Positions 1-10,393 of a stretch of 64,000 nt of DNA are shown piece after piece. Source of the DNA: Camelus ferus (Eukaryota); contig NC_045732.1 in NCBI RefSeq assembly GCF_009834535.1, positions 37,014,001 to 37,078,000 on the forward strand, given 5' to 3'. The notes beneath the pieces are model-generated. The model did not search any database. It saw only the letters and a list, made by a program, of their open reading frames with translations, and was not told where the DNA came from. Each line of letters begins with the position of its first letter. Positions within the stretch are counted from its first letter, which is position 1. The translations under genes were made by a program, and so were the position numbers.

Positions 1-44
1 GAGTGGGGGCTCTCACCACGCGTACTGATGGGAGTAACCAATAA

Positions 45-210
45 AAGCTAACATTTATTGAACCCCGAGCCAGGTACTGTGCTATGGTACTCTATATCCA
101 TGATCACACTTCATCTAAACAACAAAGCCATGACATAGGAGCTGCTAGTACCCTCAGTTATAGAAGAGGAAATTGAGGCTTAGGGAGGCTGAGGAATTTG
201 CTCACGATGA
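45..210 (-). mobile_element. MIR
   Basis: gctaacatttattgaacc...ccaggtactgtgct...gaggaaattgaggcttagggagg. Confidence 0.75.
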
Positions 211-969
211 AGAGCTCTCCAGCAGTAACGGACTGACTCCTACATCACTAGATTAGGTCTCCTTATATTGCTTCCCAGGTGATTGGTTTATTCCTTAATG
301 GTAACACACTGCGTAACAATCGAGGATCACCAGACAATCCATGAATTCCCTGGTTCTCTAACAGAAGGGATGCTGAACTCCAGTGAAAGAATTCTGGAGG
401 ATGAAATGGTAATGGTAAGTGCCCAATCCCCACAACCCAGACTCCAAAGACTCAGAAAAGCTCCAGGAAAAGGGCTTGTTTCTCTCTTGTTTTGGAGACA
501 AGATTCCCATAGTTTATCTTCCATACCCTGGGTAGGTCCCATGTTTATAAGCTGCAAAATTGTTACTAGTGGAGTAGCCTTAAGAGAAGGCCGTGTTTAC
601 CTATTTGCTTAAGGTGAGGGCAGAGCCCTTGTTTAGTAGATATGGCCAAATACAAAAAAGCAGATCGAGAGGACTTCTCAAGTAGTATCTGGAGAGAGGT
701 ACCAACCACAAACATGACTGTAGCTTTCACCAAGAACTAGAAATGGGCAGGGAAGGCATTCACTAAGCAGTGGTTTTTGAGAATATTCAGTATGCATGTC
801 CTAAGCCCAAGGGGAGAATATTGCTACGGAACTTATTACTGGGAAAGTGCTTCTAAACCAAGCCCTGGGCAGCAGCAAGCAATGCCAATAGCCTCACAGG
901 GCCCCCAGATCACTCAAACTCTAGAAGTATCTGGCAGTCCTAGGGAGCCTCAGAGACAATTGTCGAGAC

Positions 970-1075
970 ACTGGTGAACTTTGAACCTCTGTGATTTCCC
1001 TGTTTGCTTAATGCCTGATAGCCTTTGGTCTGCTAATAAATCTCCTTTATGCACAACTTGACCTCTGTGCTTCCA
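970..1075. promoter_or_regulatory. OTC distal liver enhancer core (HNF4 - C/EBP - C/EBP - HNF4)
   Basis: TGAACT-T-TGAACC DR1 at 975-987; TTGCTTAAT at 1004-1012; TTATGCACAA at 1047-1056; TGACCT-C-TGTGCT DR1 at 1059-1071. This four-site order matches the classical rat/human OTC enhancer. It lies ~6.9 kb upstream of the ATG here. Confidence 0.75.
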
Positions 1076-2069
1076 AGGGGAGGAATTGGAATCAGCCTAT
1101 GGGGGAAGAGATAGCTGTAGGATTCTGGGTGGGAGCTTGAGCAAATAAAAGTGTGCTCATGAAAGATAACCTTGCCTTCTGCAACTCATCTGACTGACAT
1201 AAAGGTGGGATCATATTTATTTACCCTTTCCCTACCTCATAAATTGTGTCTAAATTTCCCAATTTTGTTTTCGAACACTTAAATTTACCAGATTACAAAA
1301 TAAAGAGCACCAGGTTTGAAAACTCAAGCTTTTTGTCCCTGTCTAAGCTCTAAAAAATTCTAGGCTCTGTTTAAAATCAACAACTGCCGGAGTAAATGAT
1401 TAACAGAAGAATGACTTCAATGGACATGTGGTTTATAAGACAACAGAGAAGAGAGATTACACTTGAATTTGATGATCAGCATTTCACACTCTGGTTCAGA
1501 ATTTTGGTCTTCATGGAGGACCCTGTCTACCCTTTTCATATGCCTCAGTTGAAAGGGTATGGTGGGAAAGGGGGTGGAGAGCGGGTCAGAGATAATCTTC
1601 ACTGATTTCACAACTTCCCTGAGGGCCTACATGTTTGAACAAATACTTAGCAGTGATGTAGCAAGAAAACACCCCTGAATCAATATTTTGACAAAGTCCC
1701 ATTACCATCTGTTAATTAAAAAGTAATTTTCAGATTATCAGGAGCTCTGTGGTTGACATATTTACAAGTGGAGAGGAATATAATAGTAGCCAGCTGATGA
1801 GTGATTTACTTCACTATCATAATTCTAATTTATTTTCTTTTGCCAATTCCCATGCAGATCCAAGCCACATAAGAATACATTCTTATAACAGGACACAGGT
1901 TTACAGTTTATGAAGCACTCCAGGGACATTAACACAAAGGATTTTTTGGATTCTTCAGCAAATTACATATGACCTAGGACATAGAGATCTCTTAAGAAAA
2001 GGGAAATTGGACATTCTTATGCCTCCCCCCTACCCCCCAAAAAACATTCCTCAACCTAAACCCTATACC

Positions 2070-3215
2070 TTAGACAAAAATTAACTGAAAATGGATCATA
2101 GATCTCAATGTAATTTGCAAGGCTCTAAAAATTTCAGAAGACATAGGAAAAAAATCTCTGTGACTTTGGGTTAGGCAAAGAGTTCATAGATACAGCTTTG
2201 ACAGTGTAATCCATAAAAAGAACTTGATCAAAATTTAAAACTTTTGCTCTGCAAAAGACCCCATCAGGGGAATGAAAAGATAAGTTACAGTCTGGGAGAA
2301 AATATTTGCAAATCATATGTTCAATAAAAGTCTTGTCTCCAGAATATATAAAGAATGCTCAAAACTAAAAAATAAGAAAACAAACAATTAAACAACAAAC
2401 AGATACTTCACCAAAGAAGACGTATGAATGGCACATGGAAAGATACTCAGCATTATTAGCCTTTAGGGAAATGCAAATTAAAACCACAGAAATCACTACA
2501 TACCTATCTGGGTGGCAACCACGAAAAATACTGACAAAACCAAGTGCTGACAAGGACATGGAGCAATCGGAGCTCTCATACATCACTGGGGGAACTGCAA
2601 AATGGTACAGCCGCTCTGGAAAATACTTTGGCAGTTTCTTTAAAAGTTAAACATACACTTACTGTATAATCCAGCCATTCTACTCCTAAATATTTACCCT
2701 AGAGAAATAAAAATGTATGTTCACACAAAAACCTATACATAAATGTTTGTAGCAGCTCTGTGTATAAGTTCCAAGACCAGGAAACAACCCAAATGTCCTT
2801 TCATGGGGACTGGATAAACAAACGATGATATATCCATACAGTGGAAGACTAGTCAGCAAAAAAGAGGAACAAAATAATGAGAAACACAGCAATGCAAATG
2901 AATCTCAGAGGCATTATGCTGAATGAAAAAAATCAGTCTCAAAAGATCACATACTGTATGAGTCCATCTATGTTACATGCTGGAAATGGCAAAGGTATAA
3001 AGAGAGAGAAAGATCAATATGCCAGGAATTAGTGGTGAGAAGAGGGTGTGACTGCAAAAGGATTTAAGGGAGAGTTTTGGGAAGAGATGGAACTATTTTG
3101 TATTCTGACTGTGGTGGTGGTTACATTAATCTATAGATGTGTTACAACTCATAGCACTGTGCACCAAAAAAAGAGTTGAGTTTACTGTGTGCTAATTTTA
3201 AAAATTTAAAAATAA
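2070..3215 (+). mobile_element. Ancient L1 (L1MB/L1MC-type) ORF2 end and 3'UTR
   Basis: Typical L1M motifs (aaaatatttgcaaatcatat, tacttcaccaaagaaga, gaaatgcaaattaaaaccaca, gaaacaacccaaatgtcc, gtggtggtggttaca); degraded; boundaries approximate. Confidence 0.85.
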
Positions 3216-3424
3216 CAAAGCATATTAAATAGATTCATTTAACCAAAAAGAAAAAAAGGTGAGAAAAAGAATACTGTTTCCATCTGCTGGTAAGGAAACT
3301 GACTTGGCCAAGGTCATTCAACCAGTAAATGATAAGTTCTGAAGTAGAATCCACACCTTTGAAAGACATCACTTTTTCCCTGCTGTTACAGGAGAAATAA
3401 ACCTTCAAAAACCTAAGCCTAATT

Positions 3425-3760
3425 ATGTATTAGTTAGCATGCATTTGACTGCAAGTAGCAAAACCCCCAATTCAGAGTGACTTAAGCAAAAAGGACGTAA
3501 CAAGGTGTCCAGTGGTAGGGAGAGTCATGAGGTTGGTTGATTTTACAACCCAATGATGTCATGAATGACAAAGATTCCTTCTTGCTTCATTCTGCCAAAT
3601 CGCAGTTTCATCCTAAGGCTGCTTCTCCTCATGGTCACAGGATGGCTACTGGTCTCAGACAGGAATACATGTGTCTTTATTCACATCCAGTGGAAGATAG
3701 ATTACCAGCAACAATCCTGCAGAGTCTGTAACTAAAGTGTGTACTGCATGCAAATACTGT
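3425..3760. mobile_element. Old MaLR LTR fragment (MLT1J/K/L-like)
   Basis: tattagttagcatgcatttgactgcaagtagcaaaaccc...gtgacttaagcaaaaagga...catggtcacaggatggct. Confidence 0.6.
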
Positions 3761-4728
3761 GGTTTCTCAAGATCTTAAAACTCCAGACAACCAGCTATAA
3801 AAAGTATTTATGTAATTAGCAACACTCTGAAATAAACAGAACTTCTTACTGCAGTAACAGCCATATGTCTTATTTGCACAGAGCTCAAATTTGCAATAGA
3901 TCTTTGGCAATAGCTATGTCAAGACTCTTAGACACTATACCTCATGTTTGGTTAGCAGGTTAAAGTTTCCCAAGCAGTGTAATAGCCCATTTTTATAAAA
4001 CATTTAGCTGGACAGATGAGGACTCTGAGGGTCTTAGAGGAGTCAAGTGACTTGGTCAAATTCACCAACAGCTAGTGACTCAGCCAGAGATCCCATCTGA
4101 TCTTCAACCATCCTTCCCATAAGTCTTTCTTTTACATAATATTGATTCCATCTTCAGTGTTTAGATTTCACTAGGGAAGCACAGTAGCAATTTCAAAGAC
4201 ATATTACAAGTTCATATGTGATGCTTACAAATTTTAAATGTCAGGAAACTAACACCCAAAGGTGTCATTTGGCTATTTGGAATTTTAGACTCAAATGTGA
4301 TAGGATAAACTTGAAATCCTGGAGTCTCATTAACTTTTCCACCTCCTTTCTCTCAATATCCAACCAATTGTTCTGATAGGTGGATTCTAATCCCTAAATC
4401 TCTCTTACATCCACCCCTAGTTTTCTATTTCCACAGCCCCAGTATGTGCTCAGGCCCTTATTATAACACAATAACCTCTGTCTCTTGGCCTCCATTTTAT
4501 CCGCACTGTACTTCTTACACAGTGGTGCTGGATTAAGTTTTTTAAAACACAATGCAGATAATGACATATGTCCCCTTGTCTGCTCCACTTCTAAAACTTT
4601 AATAATCTTCCTTTGACTGTAGATTAAATTCTTAGCTCCATAATCTGGATTTCAAGGCCCTCAACAATCTGGTTCCATTATTCCTTTCCTAATCTTGAGA
4701 GAATTCTCCTTTTTGGTGGGAGTTGTTG

Positions 4729-4939
4729 GCAATGGTTATTGGAGCCAGCTCACAATGACTTACAAGAGCCAATCTGAAGGCCTCTCTTTCCAACTCTGTG
4801 TTCAGTGATGTCACTTTGGCAGCTTGAAGCTGTCCATGGTAAGAGAATTTATATCACACAAATTGGTCAGTGCCACCAATCAGAGCTTTGTTTGTTTTTT
4901 GAAGAGCTGATTATTAAATATTTACCAGCATACCACCAG
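4729..4939. mobile_element. hAT-Blackjack MITE (MER63-like)
   Basis: ggagccagct...tttccaactctgtgttcagtgatgtcactttggcagcttgaa...tttaccagcataccacc matches the recalled MER63 consensus. Confidence 0.75.
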
Positions 4940-5096
4940 TTGTAGGGTAACCGTGACAAATCTGAGAGTGAATGTTTCCTATGGTAGAGGGTACAAAGAT
5001 GTTGACACTTGAAAGCCCAGGTACCAAATCAGAGATAGGAGGTCCTGGGAGAAAAATAAGGAGCAGAGCATTGAAAAATTGTTGAGAGGGTAGACC

Positions 5097-5460
5097 TGGG
5101 CAAAGATTGGGTTCCCACAGAGACAGACATTGAGAATGGGATTTGGGTTCAAGTGGTTCATTTGGGAGATGATCCCAGGAAGTACATGTAGGGGAGGGAG
5201 GGAAGTGAGACAGTGAAGGAAGGCAGCTAATAAAGGGTACACTGATCAGCAGGTTATTACTGTGGGCAATGGAGGCTTAGTCCCACTGAGGACCTTCGGA
5301 CAAGTGTGTAAGACACTGTGTGTGAGGTTGCCCACACCGGGATGACAAGTCTGAGGTGTTTACCCTCAGCCAGTCAGCTGTAGGCATGTGCATTAAGAAG
5401 CAGCAGGTATGCAGAGGAAGACCGAATGCCAAGGAGATACAGGCAGGACATGGACACTAA
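5097..5460 (-). mobile_element. ERVL LTR (LTR33-like)
   Basis: ttgggttcccacagagacagacattgagaatgggatttgggttcaagtggttcatttgggagatgatcccagga...caggttattactgtgggcaat. Confidence 0.7.
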
Positions 5461-7029
5461 AGGTTCTGTGTTTTTCATAGTGGGCTTGCTGGTACAGTGC
5501 TTCATTTAAATTGTCAATGATGGAGTGGATCCACCCTCCAGTTGTTGGTACCCCACACACCCTATTTGTTTCTTCCTCTGGGTCTACTCACAGCTTCCAT
5601 CCTTTGCTCTAATATCCTTTGTAGCCTCCTCTAGTTTTGACAATTCCCCAATTCTTCCCAATTCATCAAGGATCAGTGCCATGTCCTCCAGGAACCCCAT
5701 CTAACCCCCAACCCCAGGGAAGCTGGATGAGGGATAAGTCAAGTTGGAGGTTCCACAGGGCCTGAGGCAAGGGAGCAGGAAACAAGCCTTACTCTCTTGG
5801 TTAGGGTCATGGGGTCAGGGGACTGACACAGAAGTTGTGACCTGAAGTCATTCCAAATGGTGAACTCTATGTGGGAAGAGACTCATCATTCCTGGTTATC
5901 ACTATATCCCTCAGAGCCTACCCAGCACAGAGACCCGACCTACAATTGTTGGTAGCAGAGAGAAATGAGTGAATAGAGGGCTGGGTGAACAAAGGGAACT
6001 AGGTCTGGAGCTAAACCAGGCAGTCGAAGAGATATGAGAGGAGTCACACAGTGGGTCAAGAAGAGCACCTGAATGAATTCTGAGGATGAATGTCAAACCC
6101 TGTATGGTGTTTTTCCACCTATGACCCAGATGTCCGTTGAGATGCTTGTCTTTTGAGATTCAGTGAACTTGCCTTTCAGCTTATCCCACTTGTGGTACAC
6201 TCCTCTCTTCCCATCTCTGTGGGGGTTCTGGGGACATTTAAGTTTTTCTTAGTCCTTTCTGGGGGACTGACTCCTACTTCCATAGAACTAAGGGTTTCTG
6301 CGTTGCTTTGGCATCTCAGAAGTGCTGCCCGCATTCCCTACCACAGCACTGCAGACACTTCTTGATTTCTCTCCAAGCATTGTTCATATGAACTGTTTGT
6401 GTAGGTAGCACACTTGACTGAAGATATGGGCTTTGTGTTAGCATGCAGTTTAACCTCTTCTCTTTTAATATCCCTGCAAACATCCAGTTTCCTTTCCTGT
6501 ATTAGGTAGAGCAAATTTGCTCTCTAAAACCTATCCAACAACGGGCCCGTTTTGCCTCTTCGATGATGCTTTAAGGTGGTCCTTTCAAACAAAGCAGCCA
6601 TCTATTCTCCCACGTGGAGCATTTGCTATATGCCTTCTCACCTCCATGCCTCTGCAAACACTTGCTTCTGCCTGGAATAATCTTTCCAGAACAGAAGATG
6701 TGGCAGAGGTTTGGGAATTTGTCTTTCCCTCTCTTTATCCCACATCAGTCTCTGTAAGTAGGAGAGAATAGTGCCAAGATTTACTTCCCTGCTAATATGA
6801 ATTATGACATCACGACCATCCCTGCCCCTGAAGTGGCCATAATTGGTTTTGAAATGACACTTGTTTTTTGCGTTCCACAAATGTCTAGCAAGTGCTTCCC
6901 TTGCCCTCCTCCCTTGCCTCCCACCCTTCCCAGCTTAGAGTATGCCCTCTTCCCCGCAATGGGCACTTTATCTGGACCTCCCCTATGGGCTTGTATTATG
7001 GATATTTCTCTACAAATCTGTGACCTTTA

Positions 7030-7155
7030 CTGAGCTGTAAACTCTGCAAAGGTGAGATCATCTTCCTTTTCTGAAATTCCAGCTTAGCCCAGTATCTGAC
7101 ACAGAATAGATTTGGAAATTATCCCATTTATAACTTTGGATGAATGAATGAGTGT
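7030..7155 (+). mobile_element. L2 3' end
   Basis: gagctgtaaactctgcaaagg...cccagtatctgacacagaatag...ggatgaatgaatgag. Confidence 0.65.
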
Positions 7156-7679
7156 GAAGCTTTAGATGGCCCCTGAGTGATCCAAAGAGGCTGCCAGGGG
7201 AGGAACATTTGGTAACCCCCTCCTCACTTCTGCAGATTATGGGTTTCTGCTCTAATTAATAGGCAACTCCTTATTTATTGAAGACCTACTATGTGCAAGG
7301 CACAATGGAAGCTCCAGGACTGAGATTTTTTTTAACTGCATCTCTATCCCCACTCCAGCTTCTTTCTACCAAATATATATATATGTATATATATAGCTTC
7401 CAGGATACATCTTCCTATTTGTTTTTGTGGAAAAGCTGGGCCTTAGAGGTAGGAAAGTGATACCCCTGGAAATACTCAGGGATGTCACATCTACACCTGG
7501 GGTTTTGCACTGCCAATTCACATTTTCTGAGTGAGTTATTTCTATGTACCTTCATAGCAGCCAGCACTGCAGTGTCTTACATATATTATCCGCTCAATGA
7601 GTACTTGTCAATTGATTTTGTACAAGTATGTGACAGCATAAATATATTATGAAAAATGAGGCGTCTGGGCACCAAAAGA

Positions 7680-7928
7680 GTCAGGATTCCTTCTCAAAAA
7701 AAAAAAAAAAATACACAGCGGTGGAGCTTGGCTTAAAGTTCAAACGCTCCTGTACCCTGCCCTGCAGTATCTCTAACCAGGAGTTTGATAAGGTAGTTGA
7801 AGCGTGATGTTTACCTTTGCTCTCTCACTGCAATTGGAAGCATTCTTAGCTTTCACGTGGACCCCACTGGCGACCTTGGTGAGGCGTTTGCAGGAGCACA
7901 GAATCATCCTTTTCACTGTCAAAAGAAG
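7680..7928 (+). promoter_or_regulatory. OTC: OTC proximal promoter / 5'UTR (TATA-less, two HNF4/COUP-TF DR1 sites, GATA site)
   Basis: DR1 GGCTTA-A-AGTTCA at 7730-7742; TGATAA at 7786-7791; TTACCTTTGCTCTCT at 7811-7825 (HNF4-type site on the - strand); A16 run at 7696-7711. Layout matches the recalled human/rodent OTC promoter. Confidence 0.85.
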
Positions 7929-8005
7929 ATGCTGTTTAATTTGAGGATCCTGTTGAACAATGCAGTTCTTACAAATGGTCCCAGATTCGTGGTTCGAAAT
8001 TTTCG
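7929..8005 (+). CDS. OTC: Ornithine transcarbamylase exon 1 (coding part; mitochondrial presequence)
   Basis: ATG at 7929 (aagATGc) gives MLFNLRILLNNAVLTNGPRFVVRNFR; 77 nt, followed by donor CG|gtaagt at 8006. Confidence 0.99.
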
Positions 8006-9004
8006 GTAAGTGATGGTCGGAGAGTTGAGTCTGACTTCGGAACCATGGTGATAAATGAAATTCTATTCTGCAGAGGAGTGCAGCCTCCTACAGCCTCTTT
8101 CTGCAGGGTGTAGTGCCAGGCTCGACCCTTATTGGAGACAGCTGTCTCTAATTCCAGCTGAGCTTTCATTGCTCAGTCCCCTGTAATCAGATTTCACCGG
8201 GCGCCGGAGGGTAGGGGGTGGGGGTAACTGTGGCAGGTATAACAGACTAAATGTTCTTGACATCTTCCATTTGTGTACATTCTAAAGGAGCAACTGGCTG
8301 CAGGAAATTAGAGGAATTAATTTGCACAGGGCCTTCAGCTTGTATTTGGGTTTGTTTGAAAACAATATATCATTCTAGGGCATGGGGACTGACTTGCTCT
8401 TTGGAAAAACAGATCCCAAAGAATGGCTAGATAAATATTTACAAAGCTGCTGCAAAGAAGCCTTGTATGTGATGAGGATAATGATATTTTGGGAATAAAA
8501 TCCAAATCTGAAATCTATTTCTGAAATTGTTCATAGCATGTGAAAGGAGTCCATCTCCGACGAATTCATTATAAAAACTATATCCTGCTCAGAGTCATTG
8601 GGCATGCGTATGGTGGAAGATGGCGTGGAGTGTGTCTGTGGGGACAGGGACGGGGTGATGAGTTAAGCAAGGCCATCAGATTCGGACACTGTTGCTAGAG
8701 AGCTTCTAGAGTAGTTGCATGTTAACAATTTGAATTTTCCCAATGCCTCTTTACAACTTAAACCAACCTCAAAACGACCTCAATGACTTTCTAAAATTGG
8801 AAGCTCCTAGTCTGAAGTTTTCTCCCACTGTTAGGAAGTGGCGCTGGGCATCCCTTCTCTGGGCCACCTGACAGCTCTGGACTCTCTGGACTCCATCATG
8901 ACCATCACTCAGAAGCCGGACCAACACTGTGAATAATACTGTAAATTAAGCCCATAGAATCAGATGTAGTTGGGGCCTCAGAGCCACAGAAGAATGCCTT
9001 CTCT

Positions 9005-9240
9005 TATTTTACAGATAAGGTAAATGGGGCCCAGAGGGATTATGGGGTTTACTAATTAGTGCCAGAGTTAGACCACAGAAGCCCAGAATCTGAAGGAAAG
9101 CTCAGGTTTTAGAGACTAAATAACTGGGTTCAACTCGCTGGCTATACAACCTTGAGCAAGCCACTAACCTTTCCTGCGGTGTTGCTTCACCTATAACATG
9201 GGAGAAAGTGTAATCACTGCTCAGCCTACATCACGGGATG
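9005..9240. mobile_element. Two MIR fragments in opposite orientation
   Basis: ttattttacagataaggtaaatggggcccagag (-) then ctgggttcaactcg...cttgagcaagccactaacct (+). Confidence 0.65.
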
Positions 9241-9242
9241 GT

Positions 9243-9420
9243 TCAATCATTTATTTAATAAATACTTATTGAGAACCTACTTCATGCCATGCCCTAAGCA
9301 AGGTGTTGGAGATATAGAGGTAAATAAGGTAAATAAGCTATTTCATTCCAGACACATGAAGTCACAGTCTAGCAATAATCAGCGAGATAATGTGTGTGAA
9401 AACTATAACGCAACAGACGC
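9243..9420 (-). mobile_element. L2 3' end
   Basis: tcaatcatttatttaataaatacttattgagaacctacttcatgcca...gttggagatatagaggtaaataag. Confidence 0.75.
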
Positions 9421-10326
9421 ATGTTCATTATTTTCTCATTCCATCCCACTGAGTTATACCAGGTAAAGGCGTGATGAAATTTTATTCCATAGTTTTTAAC
9501 AAAGAATCATCACTGAGCTGGAAATTATCAACTGAATGAATAACCAAAGCTTGGAACTAAAACTTATACTCGTCTTTGAAAATCACAGTGATGACTGATT
9601 TCATTTTTTACCATTAGTATAGGTTAAATTTTTGCAAGTAAAATCGCATCCAAATATTTAGGCATTTTTGGTATTTACTAATATTCTATTTTCTATGTCT
9701 AGTAGCCAGACTACGATTCTGAAAATCCTGGCTAGCCATCTCCCATAGTGATTGGGGGCTAAGGCAAAAGCATGGCTAAATCAGCCTAAATCCATACCTG
9801 CAATTTGAAAATATGAAAGCCTTGAAGCACTCATGTTATTAGAAACTTAAGAACATGAGTCTCCATTGAAAAATGACATTTTGTTGAAACGATGTCACTT
9901 TCATGTAGCGTGAGTATTTTTCTTTTCTACTCTTTTAGTTAGCCACACTACCTGCCAGCTAGATGAATTCAGAATTGCTGATCTCCAATAAGACCTACAG
10001 CCTTTGACGACCCCTCAACAACAGAGAACATCTCCCCGTCACCTCTGCCTATATGGTACTTTTACTTTGATTTTCAGCCTTCTCCAGAGATTTGGGGTCC
10101 TTTTCTTCCCCGTCCCTCTTGGGAAAGGTGGAGGGCCCTTGTTACAAAATATCCCACATGAGTTTAGCACTAGAGAGTAGTAGGAACTCTGTGGTTAGGG
10201 TTTGGCAATGCTACCAAACAGGGACTGCACAGTTTTAAAGTTAGCAGCCATAGCGCCATAGACATGATAAAATCACTGCTCAAGGGAGGCTGAAGCCATC
10301 TGCACAGGATCAATCATTTTTAGACA

Positions 10327-10380
<54 letters not shown>

Positions 10381-10393
10381 TTTTTTTTTTTTT
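10327..10393. repeat. (ATT)17 microsatellite followed by T14
   Basis: Perfect ATT x17 at 10327-10377; T run at 10380-10393. Confidence 0.97.

Noticed and set aside
283-612. 109-aa ORF at the window start and the other 60-134 aa intronic ORFs
   Set aside because: No recognisable domains, many start at non-ATG codons or lie within repeats, and their lengths are at chance level for mammalian DNA.
7797-7928. In-frame N-terminal extension of OTC (ORF track 7797-8009)
   Set aside because: Starts at TTG within the promoter, with no in-frame ATG. An extension would mask the presequence, and there is no support beyond an open frame.
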